64,000 nt of DNA from Nageia nagi (lineage: Eukaryota; Plantae; Pinophyta): contig JBITNC010000001.1 of NCBI GenBank assembly GCA_050084985.1, positions 143,716,001 to 143,780,000 on the forward strand, given 5' to 3'. Both the position numbers and the translations under genes were made by a program. This document shows, one piece after another, positions 26,654-40,483 of the stretch. Position 1 is the stretch's first letter. Each line of letters starts with the position of its first letter. A model generated the notes under the pieces. It searched no databases. It had not been told where the DNA came from and worked only from the letters and a program-made list of their open reading frames with translations.

Positions 26654-29600
26654 TTTAAGAGACCACAAGTCTCAACAAAAAAAAAAATTTCTTCGTAGTC
26701 ATTAAAACTACAAAAACTTTAATTATTAGGGTTCATTTGCCTTACACTTATTTTACATAAATCATAATCATAATTACACATTAGATTTATTAGGTCCATA
26801 TATTCATTTAATTTACTCATACATTTTTTTGATTTTAGTTAATCATACAATTCAATGAAATGCTAAACCAAAATGATACATAAACATTTAATCTATAAGA
26901 TAATTCCATAACAACATAGTTTGAGCTAAACTCAAGAAAAACCCTAGGCATTTTTTCACAAGGTAAATCCTTGGTATCTATTCTACCTAAAAATATTATT
27001 ATTATCATCATGATATATCATTTTTGCAAAACTTATCTCTATACGAGCATACATTTTCTCCCCTCATGATGGCATTACCAAACTAGATCCACCTAGTGTA
27101 TCATGGTTAGTTTGTTATAATAATCTCAATAAACAAGGCATAAATGGAATCATAATAATAAACAAATGCTACCTTTCCTTAATCAAACAATAAGGTTTAA
27201 AGTAACATAGCAATATGAAATTATATTGATCCCTTCTTAAGTGTGTCTCCAAGCACTAGGGATCCAACACTTAAAACACCACTATGAACTAATGAGTATG
27301 TAAAATATGGACATCATCATAACCCCTACCACCAATTAAAGATATAATATATACATCAAGATATTATCACCAATTGGACTAGATAACAATTAGATGTATT
27401 ATATTATTCAATTCTACCTCAAATAGAATAAAGATAATAATTAACATAATACACTAAGCCAACATAGCCATTTCATTTCTCTTCGATCTATACCAACTTT
27501 ATAGAAATCACCCTATGGATTCCTAAAGTTACTAAGTAATGATAAAATCATTACAAAGATTTACTTTCCTAAAATATCAATGATCAAATTCTACAACCAA
27601 CTTCAAAATTTGATTCTTCTAATTATTGAACATAGCTTTCAATCCCTAAGGATAGCATTCCTAATCACATGAATCCATTTGGCAACAACTCATACAATTT
27701 CCATATTCTAGGCTAGATAATTGCTAAGTATCTAAGGACTAAGCTTGCCATATTATACATAAACATCTCCTTATTCCTATCAAGAATACAAACATTCAAG
27801 GTTTAAGCAAGCTATCAACCCTTAGTGTAAAGATACATAACAAATAAACATTTAGATAAACTATAAACTTTATGAATATTTCCAATAGGCCATTGTTAAG
27901 TATCTATAACCTAAATTTAGTCTCTTATGTTACCCATAAAGTCATCAAAAGAGATTTAACATCTGACTCATGGATTATGTATCAGTCAAATGTTTAAGAG
28001 AAAGGTAATTAATCTTCACTTTGCACCAAAAGTAGATAATTTATAAGGATCATAAGATTTCAACTTGACAATTAAGGTGTCAAACATCCCCTAAATAGAT
28101 CTTCATACCAATATCAAAAACTAATTTCTCTAACATAAATATATCAACTATCCTTTCTAAACATGAATATCATTAAAGTATCTACTTTATGATTATGCAA
28201 TATTAATAAAATCTTAATCCTAAAATTTAAGTTTATTATTATACAAATATCATCAATTTCTATTCTTCTAACCAATTTTTGATTTAAATGAAAAGAAACC
28301 CTTATATATATATATATATAACATAACCTTATTTAATTCCATATAAACTACCTACTTTAATAATAAATCTAAATCACATTATAGGTAGAACAAAGTTATC
28401 CATTAGACAGAAATTACTAGTATTATATTAATTTTAAATTAATATGATTATGAATAATTATTTAAATCATTAATTTAAACAATTATCTTTTTCCAATTAA
28501 TATTTAATCTCAACTAAATATTTTTCCTCTTACCTTCTATGGTGTAAGGGCATCTTCAATAGAATCTGACATGAAATGCATGTCGAAAACCTTTGAGTAC
28601 CATCTCAACATTAAGCTAGATATAACACCGATAATGCTATCCAAGCACCTCTCTGTTTAACATTGAATTGCAATGGAAATACTTTCCCTCACATTGCATG
28701 ATACAAGCATTGTATTTGGAATTCCCTCTACTTTTTCCTGACATACAAGGTAATACCCATCTCAAATTCAAATAATAAAAGACTGTATTTAGTATGACCC
28801 CACTATCTTTGCAATACAAAACACATGTATCACCTTGCTTCCATCATTTCATATCTTTTAGAGCTCCCACAGTTTCACATAATGTAATAATGCTAACAAG
28901 ATTTCAGAGTTTGGCTTATCACCTGACGATTCTTGCATGAGGCTAGGATCATTCATTTATTTCTTTTGAGAAGGAATGAACTAGAATAAAATTGATAATG
29001 TTTTGGAGTTTGGATTTACACCTTATGAATGCGAGTGCTAAAAGCATATATTTCTAGCAATCAATATATTCTCTAATATTGTATCTACATCCTGCATATT
29101 GTTAAACTAGTCGTACCCTTCTCTACGCTTCCATATTTCATACTATAATCTTCCAGCACACTCACAGGCCAACTTTTGATAGATATATATTGATAAAGGG
29201 GATTTAATCTAATATATCCTCCGTACAGAACTCCCATTTCAATGCATATCACAAAGAAGGTAATTATCATTAGCCATACTTTCAAAAATTAAATCTATTT
29301 TTCTCTCTTATGATCCTACTATCCATAGTGGCACGCGTTGGAGGAATATGATAAAGATTACAGAGTTTGACTTTCTTTTTTTAACCCATGCATCAGTTAT
29401 TTTTTTATAAAATATACAGGGAGTTTTTTTTAATCATTTCACCATGCCTTCGAAAGGATCTCCTTTTCAAAATTCTAGTGATCCATTTTTTTATGAAAAC
29501 TCTACATGTACGTAGTATTCTAGGAATAATAAAAACTCTTAAAAAGCATGTCTCGTCCACTTTGTACCATGTCTCTCCCCATACTCCAATATCAAAGGTT

Positions 29601-30169
29601 GTTTTTAGAGGTGATGCAACCACTCATAGCATAACCCTCGAGATTCCCTCTAGAATGAGTCACATGACTCTATTAATTGACTCACCATCACTATCGCTGA
29701 GTCCTCCCTCTCCAACATTCTTGACTCATCATAACTCTCTATTACGGAGCTCATGCATGAGGGACACAATCAGTTGTTGAGCTTAAATAGTTTACTTCCA
29801 CTTTTCATATTTGTTAAAGAAAATTTAACACAAGATTAGGGGTCTCTTAAAATATAGCCATATCAAATAATAAAAGTCAATATTTTCATAATATTATTCA
29901 AATACTTTTTTAAAAGACACATGTTAAGAATTTAAATAATAAATACTTTTCAATTAGATCTCTAGTTTTAAAACATAAGATCTTTGATAAATGATTTAAT
30001 AATTTAAATTCAACAATATTAAAGTTAAGCACTTACTATCGAAAAGCTTATGAAAAGTTAAAGCACTTACTATCCTCATACTAACCAAGCCATAAATAAT
30101 CATTATCATTTCCTTTCATTGAAATGAAATATCTCATGAACACAATAGTACCAAAAGTGGTCCATGACA
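26654..30169 (-). repeat. 5' LTR of element 3
   Basis: tttaagagac...gtccatgaca; colinear with 20759-24300. Confidence 0.85.
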
Positions 30170-31893
30170 TGTATGGACTTATGATGATATTAAGAGACAT
30201 GATAAAAAGTGTTAGTCAACATATCATTGAGCTCATTTTTGGTGTTAGAACTTCTTGATAGAACCAAAGACTAGTTAACCTTAATATTGAAGAAGCAATG
30301 AAAGCTAGAATCATTTATCCTATTAGGAACTCTACTTGGGTTGTGAATCTAATGCCTATAAAAAAGAATAACAGAGATATCATACTCTATTTTGATTTCA
30401 AAAACATGAATCAAATCTCTCAAGGATAATTATCCTCTTCCTCTAATGGAATAAGTTCTACAAACTATTACTAGATCATGTTGCTTTTCAATGATAAATG
30501 AATTTTTAGGATTCAATCAAATATGGATATGTGATGAGGATTAGCGTAAGACATATTTCACCACCAAATGGGGAACTTTTTCTTTCCAAATAATGCCCTT
30601 TTGCATGTCAAATGATTATGCTATATTTCAATGGGGAGTGGACCATGCATTTGGTGAGTTGATCAATAAGATCATATTGGTTTATCTTGATAACATTGCT
30701 ATATTTTATAAGGATAGAAAGGATCATGTTGATCATCTCAAATAACTTTTTGAAAAATTCAAATAATTAGGAATTTTTATTAACCTAAAGAACTATATAT
30801 TTATGGTCATCCAAGGTAAATGTTTTGGTCATATTGTATCATATGAGGGGTTAGCCATAGATCTAGATACGGTAAAATCTATTAAGGCATTTCCACTACC
30901 ATCAAATAAAAAAGCTTTGTAATCCTTCTTGGGGAAAGTTAATTTTGTAATAAAGTTCATAAATGATTTCTCCAAGATAGTGATACCTATCATAACAATG
31001 TTGAAGAAATTTGTACAATTCAAATGATCCTCCAAAGTAAAATAAGGCTTCCATAATATCAAAAAGGCTATAGTGAAATCCTTGATCCTCAAAAATCTAA
31101 TTTTTCTAAGGATTTCATCATGTATGCACATGAAGCAGCCATTGTTTCCTTGAAAAATGATAGAGAGGAAGATAATCCCATTGCTTCACATAACTAGAAG
31201 CTCCATGCTCATCAAGAAAGATACTATTTTATTGAGAAATAAGTATTTGTTATCATGAAGGGAATCAAGAAATTTAAACATTATTTTTCTCAAACCTAAA
31301 TTCTAGTTTACACTATTCACTTGGATGTTAGGAATTACATTATACAAGATGACTTGGGATAAGGAAAACCTGATTGGGCTAATAAGATTCTAGAATTTGC
31401 TAATGAAATTAAGCTAAATAAGCTTTTCCAAGGAAGAGCTCTTTATGAGAGCATCGCAATGGAAGCCCAAATAGTTATTATCATTAATGAGATGCAATAT
31501 AATCAAGAGACAAATCGGATCAAATAGTTTGGTACCTATTTAAGGACTGGAAAAGCTCTAGAATCATTTGACAAATCTTAGAGAAGAAGATTTAGATTAC
31601 AAGATTTGAATCACATGCTAGTTAATAATTATTTGAATAGAAAAAGCTTCATTGGAACTCTATTGAGATATATATCCCAGAATGAAGCTAGAATAATATT
31701 ATATGAATTCCATCATGGATTTTTTGGAGGTTATTTCTCTAGGCATACTATTATGGCTAAATTATTATAAGTAGGTTATTATTTACCTATTGTATTCTAA
31801 TATTCAACCAAAATAGCCCAAGAATATGATAAATGCAATAGATTTGTTGGAAAAGGAAGAAAAAATATTCTAGCAATGGTTCTTAAATTTTAT
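30170..31893 (+). pseudogene. Ty3/gypsy element 4 pol remnant: RT, RNase H, integrase N-terminus (no aRH between RH and INT)
   Basis: WTYDDIK, IIYPIRNSTWVVNL, DNYPLP, FTTKWGTF, ILVYLDN (YLDD site), FLGKVNFV, RYYFIEK, EFHHGFFGGY, GYYLP..KCNRFVGK, then QWFLNF at the break. Confidence 0.92.
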
Positions 31894-32915
31894 GGCTAAA
31901 GCTATCCTCCCTCTAAATTCATGCATATATGCCCATATTATATAAAAATATATGTTGGGCATATATGCATTTTTCCACCATCATCCTCCACCCAATTCCT
32001 CTATTCTAATAGACTATATATTGGACATATATAGAAAAATATAGTATGGGCATATATGGAAATCCTCCTCCACTTTGTTGCCCCTTTCCTCCACTCCTTC
32101 ACTGAGCCAATATACCATGGATGTATATGAGTTAGGTATGTTATGGCCATATATACCAACTGTTTAATTCAAAAATTTTGAGGTGAAATATATATCATGG
32201 GCATATAGTAGTTGATATATCAAGGGTGTATATATTAAACTTAAAATTTCAAGATTTTAAGGCTCAATATATTATGGGAATATATGCTTTGATATATTAC
32301 GGGCTTATATGCTTGTATATAAAAAATTCAAAATTTTTGAAGTGTCAGATATCATGGGCATATTTGTTGAACTTAATATTTCAAAATTTTAAAGATCAAT
32401 ATATTATGGGTGTATATGCTTTAATATATTTTAAAAATTGCCTTCATGTTTTATACTATATGAGGGACGTATATGGTAGTTGATATATGAAGGGTGTGTA
32501 TGTTAAAGTTAAAATTTCAAGATTTGAAGGCTTAATATATTATGGGCGTATATGCTTGAAATATGGTATCTTAATATATTATGGGCATATATGCATGAAA
32601 TATGGTTTCTTAGTATAAACATTTCAAAAACTTTGAGGTGGAATATATTGTGGGTGTATAGTGGTTGATATATCTTGGGCATATATGTTGAACTTAAAAT
32701 TTTAAGGTTAAATATATCATGGATGTATATGCTTTGATATATTATGGGCATATATGCATTGATATGTTATGCACATATATGCTTGATATATGTATATTAA
32801 ATCATGGGTGTATATGTCATGAAAAAAATGTTAAATAGATCATTGGTCACATTTGGGGTGTGTATTTAAACACATTCAAGGCATGTCTACAATTTCTACC
32901 AAAATCATAATCGTA
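31894..32915 (+). repeat. Left TIR (~1 kb) built from ATGGGCATATATG-type subrepeats; a partial extra copy follows at ~32915-33200
   Basis: Reverse complement of ~40765-41755 along its length. Confidence 0.9.
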
Positions 32916-33409
32916 TATGTTAAACTTAAAATTTCAAGATTTTAAGGCTCCATATAGTAGTTAATATATCAAGGCGTATATGATAAACTTAAAATTTTAA
33001 GATTTTAAGGCTCAATATATTGTGGGCGTATATGTTTGATATATTACGGGCACATATGCTTGTATAAAAAAAAATTCAAAATTTTTGAAGTGTAGGATAT
33101 CATGGGCATATATGCTTTAATATATTTTAAAGAATCATATTCATATTTTATACTATATGAGGGGTGTATATGGACATTAAATCATGTGTGTATATGTCAT
33201 GACCTAAAATTTAAAAAAAAAATAGAATTGATATATCATTGGTATATGTAACATTGACTATAACACAAGCGTATATTGCTAGCATAAATTAAATTTAAAA
33301 ACTATTTACATATCATGGGAGTGTATTATTCATATAAATTAAATTTAAAAATTGTTCACCAACCTCAAGGAAAATGTATGTGCTACCTATTGCATGCAAA
33401 ACCCTCCCT

Positions 33410-33540
33410 CTTTCATTGCAAAAGCTAAAGCTTTTTGCTACAGAAGCTCAACCTTTTTGTTACAGAATCTCAGCTTTTTATTGTAAAAACTTGATCCTTT
33501 TGCTATAGAATCTTGTCCCTCTCGTTGCGGAAGCTTAACC
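33410..33540. repeat. ~23-bp minisatellite, about 5-6 degenerate copies (TTTTGCTACAGAAGCTCAACCT-like)
   Basis: Direct reading. Confidence 0.7.
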
Positions 33541-33549
33541 CTTATAAGC

Positions 33550-33830
33550 ATGTAGTTTTTCACCATTTTGCATGCATTTTTTTTTCATGGATTCCTAGTT
33601 TTTTTAATTGATTTGATTGGACTATTGTTGCCTTTTGTTGCATTCTATGAAACTATATTTGCATGATGTATATTATTAAAAAAATCATGGTATGTAGGTT
33701 TTCACCATTTTGCATGCATATTTTTTTTTATGGATTCCTAGTTTTTTTAATCGATTTGGTTGGACTACTACTGCTTTTTGTTGCATTCTATGAAACTGTA
33801 TTTGCATTATGCATATTGTCAATAACAATC
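33550..33830. repeat. 143-bp tandem duplication
   Basis: caccattttgcatgcat...gcattctatgaaact at 33561 and 33704. Confidence 0.85.
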
Positions 33831-36800
33831 ATGGGCCTATTGCATTCTTCCATATTTTTTGCATAAATTTCTATCAAGTTTCTCTTTTCTAATTGTGGGT
33901 TCTTTGATTTCTTTAGCTTATTCAATTATTCTTCATACCCCAAACTACAATCAAAGTTAGAGACCTGATAAAAAGACTACTACTTTCTTTGCACCCTATG
34001 TTTCCTAGACAGCTAGTAGGATCTAAAATTTTCTTTCTGATTAGATTCTTTTGATTAGTATTTTCCTTTGTTTTATGGCACGTACTTTTCTTTGATCTCT
34101 CTTCTTTTTTCTAATATTCAATGCTCTTGCCTCTATAAATGCAATCTTTGATGTATGTATAAAATTGTGATCTTTGGCATTATATATTGATAATATGTTT
34201 GATTATTCTCTTAAAAACTTATGGAACAAAGTTCAGATAGTATTTTTAGAATTTAATTCACAATGACATTGAAATGTCATAGAATTTTTAATCTACTTAT
34301 CCAAGATGTCGAACGAAAACAACTCTTTTCTTGCAAGGATTTAACTTGGATAAGAATACCATGCATCAAAGGAAATACAGATTGTCATTGTTGTCAACAA
34401 ACATTGATAGAAATGTTCAGTATTTGCATAAGTACTTTAAGTATGCATGAGTTTTGGTTTGATGCTCTATTGAAGATGACAATTTATGTAAAGATACAAA
34501 AAGCGTTAAGTGCTAAAATCCTCAAAGTGATCAAAATCCATAAGTGTGTTTGTCATATCGACATGATGTAAATGAGTTTGTTTTATGTTAACAAGTGTGG
34601 ATGCAACGTTGGAATGATCGGTTGCTTTGTTTGTGCTTTGGTGGAGGTGTATGTGCATAATTGGCTGTGTCAAACTGATTTGAATTGTCATTTTGCAAGA
34701 GGTCCTTTGTACAACTCGCGAGGAATTACATCTTGAAATTAATACTAGAGGTATATCAAAGTACATTAAAATTATGTGTTCAATTTCATCGCAATCAGAG
34801 TTGAGAGAAAAAAGTTGTTACTTTCAGAAAATGAATTTGAATTACTTTTTCCAATTTTTGACAATTTTGTGGGACAGCCATAAAATGCCAAAAATGTTGA
34901 TCAAATATAAGTTTTTTTCAAAATGTGATATTGTTTCATCTTTAGATTACAAAAATAAACAAGTTTTCATTTTAGAGTGTCGCGATTTGAGATCCTTAAG
35001 TACGAGTAACTATAGATTGTTAATTCTTTGAATGTTAAGTGTTTGAAGGAATGTCTTTGAAATTAATGTTGGAGCCTACTTTGTCAGAGATACAGTAAGC
35101 AATTCGTGATGAGTTAAAGGCTAAAATTTTTAGTTAAGGTATTCAGATGTATCATGAATATGTGTATAAAATTTTGGTCCAATCTGACACCCGAGCACGA
35201 AACGGCAGCAATTGCAAAATGCTAACTTATCAACTTTTCTAGTTTTTTTTTCCAGTTTTAGCGTGCAAAACTGTTCGACGAAATTTGCATGAGAAAAATG
35301 ATTTTTCTTATTATGACATAACGGAGCTACAAATTGTTTAATAAAATTTCACTTTGAGAATTGAAGAGAAGGCATGAGAATTGCTTGATTCAACGCCTCT
35401 TTGGGAAGCTTTTGGTGGTTGTGAGATGTTCAATTAATGAGCGATAGATTTGAGATGTGAACTGTTTGACAAAATGCTTCTTCATATCTTTTAGTTCAGT
35501 GATCAGCAGTAAGGTAAATTTGAATTGATTGTAGAAATATCCTTCAATTCTCCATTACTATAAATTTCTTAGAGTATCGATTGATAATTCAGATTACCAT
35601 AGTTGTTGTGTATATGTGTCGGTGTATGTGGTAGCTTGGAGAAGGCATGCGAATGGTATGTTGTAAGTTGTAGTTCATACATGAGTTTAAGATTACCGTA
35701 ACTATCCTTCTTTGAATAGGATTCACCATATATAGGGGCACCATCAAGAACAAATACAAAAAGGAGATATTTCCCAACTGATTGAACCATGTACTGTTTG
35801 CACAACATACAAATACGAAATCGAGTGTGTCACTTTTTTTTTTGTTATTTCAATCTTGTAAAAACTAAATGCATTAAACATGCCTCATTGAATTGTTTAA
35901 TTCCATAAGTAGAGAGTTGGCCGCCTCGCTAAAAAAATGAACTTAAGACATGCTACAATGTTTGATCATGAAAATACCATTTTGCTGACTTCAATAACTT
36001 TTATCTTAAATATATTGTATATAATAGAAGATTTACAAATTGCACAATCATTTCCTCCAGACTTCAAATAAATTGACATTGCTTTTCCATTACACAATTG
36101 TTCCAGTTTGGTACTGTTTGAACTTCGAAGTATGTTGTCTTCACTTTACACTTAAAGAAAAGTTGTCAGTGTATCTTTCACTAAGACTAGAACTGGAAAG
36201 TGATACAATTTAGGTATAAGAAAGTTTGTCAAATACCACCAGCATTCAGAAGTTTTTGGCATCTTGATTTTTATGACTTCACTGAATTCTTTGTTGTAAA
36301 CTCATATCTTCTCCAACCAGCTTGTTATTTAATATCAAGATAAGTATATGATGGTGAACTGGTGACTAGGCAATACAAATTTGTAAAGAATTATGGAGGA
36401 TCAATAAAAACTCACTCATGTGCACAAGCTTGTTATTTGTTTAGGTTCAAGGACAAAAATGTACACAAGACATATTTAGCTTCTTCGGTCATATGAATTT
36501 AGAATACATCTACAGTTTTCATGCACTCTCATAAATCATTTTTGCTTATAAAAAAAAGTGTATAAATATATTTATTTGGTGTAAATCAAAATAGATATTT
36601 AATTGCTAAAATGTGGAAAGTATGTTGAATTTGCTGGTAAGGAAGTTGATACAATTCCTTGCTAGAAGGCATATTTAGAGAGCTTAAGAATGAATGTTAC
36701 TTTATGCTAAACTTTTTCATATGTAAGCTGCTAAATTTGAAAATTCTCCTTAATTCAAGTCTCTGAAAATATAATTGAAAATTCTCCTTAATACAAGACA

Positions 36801-37009
36801 TATAATTACATTGAAGAAACTCTAACATTGTAAAAGAATAATCTACTACAATGATAGGAATTTCTCATAATAAAACCATGGTAGATAGGAGATACATCTA
36901 TATTACATGTGGAAAAAATACATGTCCATGTAAAACAAAAGTATGAATGAAGAAAAATATTTTTAAATTGAATTCTTTGATACAACATCAAGATTACAAT
37001 GTACAAAAC

Positions 37010-39330
37010 TACAAGTTATGAATCTATGAACATATATCATTTTATGGCCCCTTTTGCCATCAATGTAAAAATTATAGGGTTCTTTGTCACTGCAACTAAT
37101 TCCCTACGCTCAAACAAGGCGTCTCTCTTTTATTCATTATTCTTGAGTGCAGGAGGATTTATCCCCGTGGTTGGTCTAGGTTTAAGTTTTACACATAGTC
37201 TCATTTTCATTTCTTCTATATTGCTTTTTGGTTTGTTTGCACGATCATTTTTAGGAGAAGGCCTAAAACATCAAAAAATCCTAACATCATTATTGTATAA
37301 CATCAAAAGATATTTAACTAGGAAAAAACTAAAAATATTATTATTTAATAGTATGATATTAAATACATACCTAGTTTCTAAATCCTCCAAATTTGTGAAA
37401 GAAAATTCCACGATCAAAATCCTTTTTAGATCAATGTGACTTATTGAACCAACCTTGTAATTAATGATGTAGTCATGCACATGTGTCTCTATTAAAAATG
37501 TATCAAAGTAAGCTTTGGAACACTTCTTACCTCTATGTATTATAGTATAGGCTTGTTGATCATTTTTTTCCTCTTGCTTTCTCCTGCACTTTAGACTCAT
37601 CATCAAATCTCAATACATAACCTGCATAGAATTCCTCATCCAGTCCATGACCAAGGGTGTCAAAAATATAACAAACCATTTTTTCAAGTGTCAAAATGAT
37701 GAAATGGTTAGCACATGCAACTATGTAATACCTAACCTAATTTGATATTGCATCCCAGTTTTTTTCAAATGTCTTTTTATTTGATATTTTCTATTTTATC
37801 ATAATGCCCTTCGACTTTAGTAAGACCTATTTGTACTTCATAAAATCCATAGTCACATGATTTAACTTCTAATCTATGATTGAATCCAAATCAAAATGTC
37901 CATCTTCAAATTTAACTTTAAAGGATGGAATTTCTTTCAATCTCTTCAAATAGCCATATAACTAAAAACATAAAACTAAGGCAAGATTAACAAATGAAAT
38001 CTTACATTTGGAGGTCAACTTCATGGGCCTTTAATTCCAATAAACTAATCTCCCATAAGACATAGCTCTGAATGTCATCACCTCTATGGAAATGTGCCCT
38101 TCTCCAATTAGCTTAACATGGTATGTGCCAGTAGGATCATCATTCTATACAATCCTAGACCCAACTATCTCACCATCTAGATCACTTAAAAATACCTTTT
38201 TTAATTGTAAATGCACCTTGTGTCCCTTTCTGATGTGGAGACCCTTGTGTATTTCCTGAATCCTATGCATACAATGTATTATTGAAGTTCTAGTGTGAGA
38301 TAATTATGATGAGGTCTAATTTGAATTCATAATTATCAAAGAAAGTATAAATAAAAGAAATTAATTACCAAATGTTGATCCTTTGTAGTGGTCAAATTCA
38401 AATTTAGAATTACCAAATAAATTATAAATAAAATAAATATTTACCAAAGGCTAATCCTATGTCATGGTCTCTATTGATTGTAATTCATTCCCACTTGAAA
38501 AGCCAAATATATCCTTTGAAAAATTATGTACAATAAATGAAAAAAAAAAAAAGCATCCATAAAATCATAGACTCAAGTATGAAAGAAAATAGAATCTATA
38601 AGAAAACTACATCTATAAATCAATTACCTTCTCCTTCGATATCAAATCAATATGTCCCTTTCTAAACTCACATTTGATATGTTACAATCTTCTCTTGTTT
38701 CTACATTCCTCTCCTTTGTATTCCTCAAGCTTTATTTTTACTTAATCTTTTTCTTTCTTTGGTAATTTTTCCCAACCATGGACATCATGCTGAAAATATA
38801 ATCTTCCACCAACTCTATAGCATTTAATATTAAACTTTCTCCAAAGCATAGTCTTTATATCCTTTTTTTCTTCAAGATATTTATTTGGATTATATCTTAG
38901 TGGCTTAGGGATAGTGAGCCTCCTACCTCTTGGTAGATGAGAACTGGTTCAACACCTTCATGTTCTTGGCCCCTATGTTCGTTTAGCCTTTTATGATCAC
39001 CACATTAAATTCCATGATGTACTTTATCATAATAGCCTAACCAACACCAGTATTGTATCTTATCAACCTTCTTATTTGCTTCCCATCATCCTTCCACAAA
39101 GGCTATGTAAGTCCATTTAGGATCACGTACACTTTGCAACACGCTAAATTCCTCTTGTGTAATCTCTATTGCATCTTAAACAATTTCCTATATTGGAAAA
39201 TGCAAAATTAATAATATTCTAAATTAAACATTATAAAATAACAAACATATACATGTATTTCCACCAGACCACAAAATTGTATGTGAAGTATCTAGCACTT
39301 ACCATTATGAGCTAAGATCTTTAAAGAGAT
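37010..39330 (-). pseudogene. Decayed multi-exon gene inside the MULE, probably a TE accessory gene (weak resemblance to Transposase_23/DUF8039-type domains)
   Basis: Alternating purine-rich exon-like blocks and short AT-rich introns with GT/AG signals on - strand; peptides KVFLSDLDGEIVGSRIV*NDDPTGTYHVKLIGEGHISIEV (~38083-38200) and NLACCKVYVILNGLT*PLW (~39095-39152). Confidence 0.45.
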
Positions 39331-39537
39331 TCAATTTCCAAATGGAATTTTGACCAAGGTCAACCTTTTGTTAGTAGGAATCAAGTTAATAGACTACTGC
39401 TTAAGCTATCAAGTTTTGCTACTAGAAAGTTTCAATAGAAAAATCTTAGTAAAGGCCTGAATATAGTTTTAAATAATCTCAACTATTACCAATTCAATAA
39501 AAAAATGAATAATTATAGGAATTAGTTTTTCTAATAG

Positions 39538-40483
39538 GTTTCTTCCCACAAGGAAGAATAGATAATGATGGTGATTGGATAAAGAAATTAAAACATGCAT
39601 AAAACATGTAATCAAAAGCAAGGAAAACATTGTTAAGATTGAAAAATATTGTGAATATGGTACTAATCTACTTGGTCTTATGATGAATTCAAACAAAGAA
39701 ACACAAGGAAGGAAATCTGGCTAGGTAATAATGGAAAATAGTTAGTAAATGCCAATTGTTTGAAATATATAGATAGGTAACAATAATAAGTCTCTTAACA
39801 TGGACTCTTATCCTCCTAGCAATTCATCATAAATGGCATGAGCGAGGACATAGGGAGGTCTTGGAAGTATGTAGGGAAAATGACTTTATAAATGAAAAGA
39901 CTATAAAAAGACTAAATATTGTAAGATATGAACAACCATTCTTAACTAGGAATTTTTTTCTAGTAACATTCTAAAATATTTTTTATTTCCATAAAATTCT
40001 ACTAGAACTGGTTAAAACATAATTTAGGAATGAATACCTGATGAAGTTATGCAAGAGGCCATGTTTTAAAGCTATTGTTCTATTCATCAAAAATATAATG
40101 CATATGCTTCAATTAGTAGATGAAAATATATTGTATCCATGTTGTTGTAGGTTGGGATGATGTTAAATGATTCCTTGAGATTTTATCCTCCATTACTAGT
40201 AATAAACTGAGAGGCATATAAGCCAATGAAGCTTGGAAGGCTCTCAATTCCTATGAGTACCAAGATTGAGATTCCAATCTTTTCAATGTAAATTGAACTA
40301 CCTTTTTGAGGAACTAATGTGCATGAGTTCAATCCAAAGTGGTTTGGGCAAATAATCGTAAAAGTTGCCAAGCATCCATTAGCATTCATGCCTTTTAGAT
40401 TGGGCCCAAGGACCTACATTAGATAAAACTTTACACTACTAAAGGCCAAAATATTATTGATCATGATTCTTCAATGGTTTTGC
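39538..40483 (+). pseudogene. Captured cytochrome P450 fragment, CYP72 clan (CYP734A/CYP709/CYP72A-like): last two exons plus the intron between them
   Basis: Exon 39538-39920: FLPTRKNR**W*LDKEIK..YGTNLLGLMM..SLLTWTLILLAIHHKWHERGHREVLEVC..RLNI. GT-AG intron 39921-40150. Exon from 40151: VGMMLNDSLRFYPP (ExxR), MKLGRLSIP, HEFNPKWF (PERF), KHPLAFMPFRLGPRTYIR*NF (decayed heme motif, Cys lost), ILQWF. Confidence 0.93.

Larger units (their letters stand above)
20759..30169 (-). mobile_element. Non-autonomous LTR retroelement (LARD-like, element 3): two ~3.5 kb LTRs around a ~2.35 kb internal region with no recognisable pol
   Basis: Direct repeat pair, outer TG (20759) and CA (30169) termini, PBS and PPT at the correct inner positions. 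Confidence 0.85.

Noticed and set aside
29388-29780. 130-aa ORF within the LTR
   Set aside because: Not open in the sister LTR (~23478-23866) and no recognisable domain
34264-35832. TGACA...TGTCA-bounded solo LTR or TIR element
   Set aside because: Flanks CACAA and CTTTT do not form a TSD; other end pairs I tried also failed
36999-37439. 146-aa + strand ORF as a membrane protein gene
   Set aside because: It lies antisense to Lys-rich exon-like blocks and introns on the - strand; the hydrophobicity reflects T-rich composition
39538-40483. Functional or resident host P450 gene
   Set aside because: Only the last two exons are present, with stops and no heme cysteine, enclosed by TIRs and a TSD
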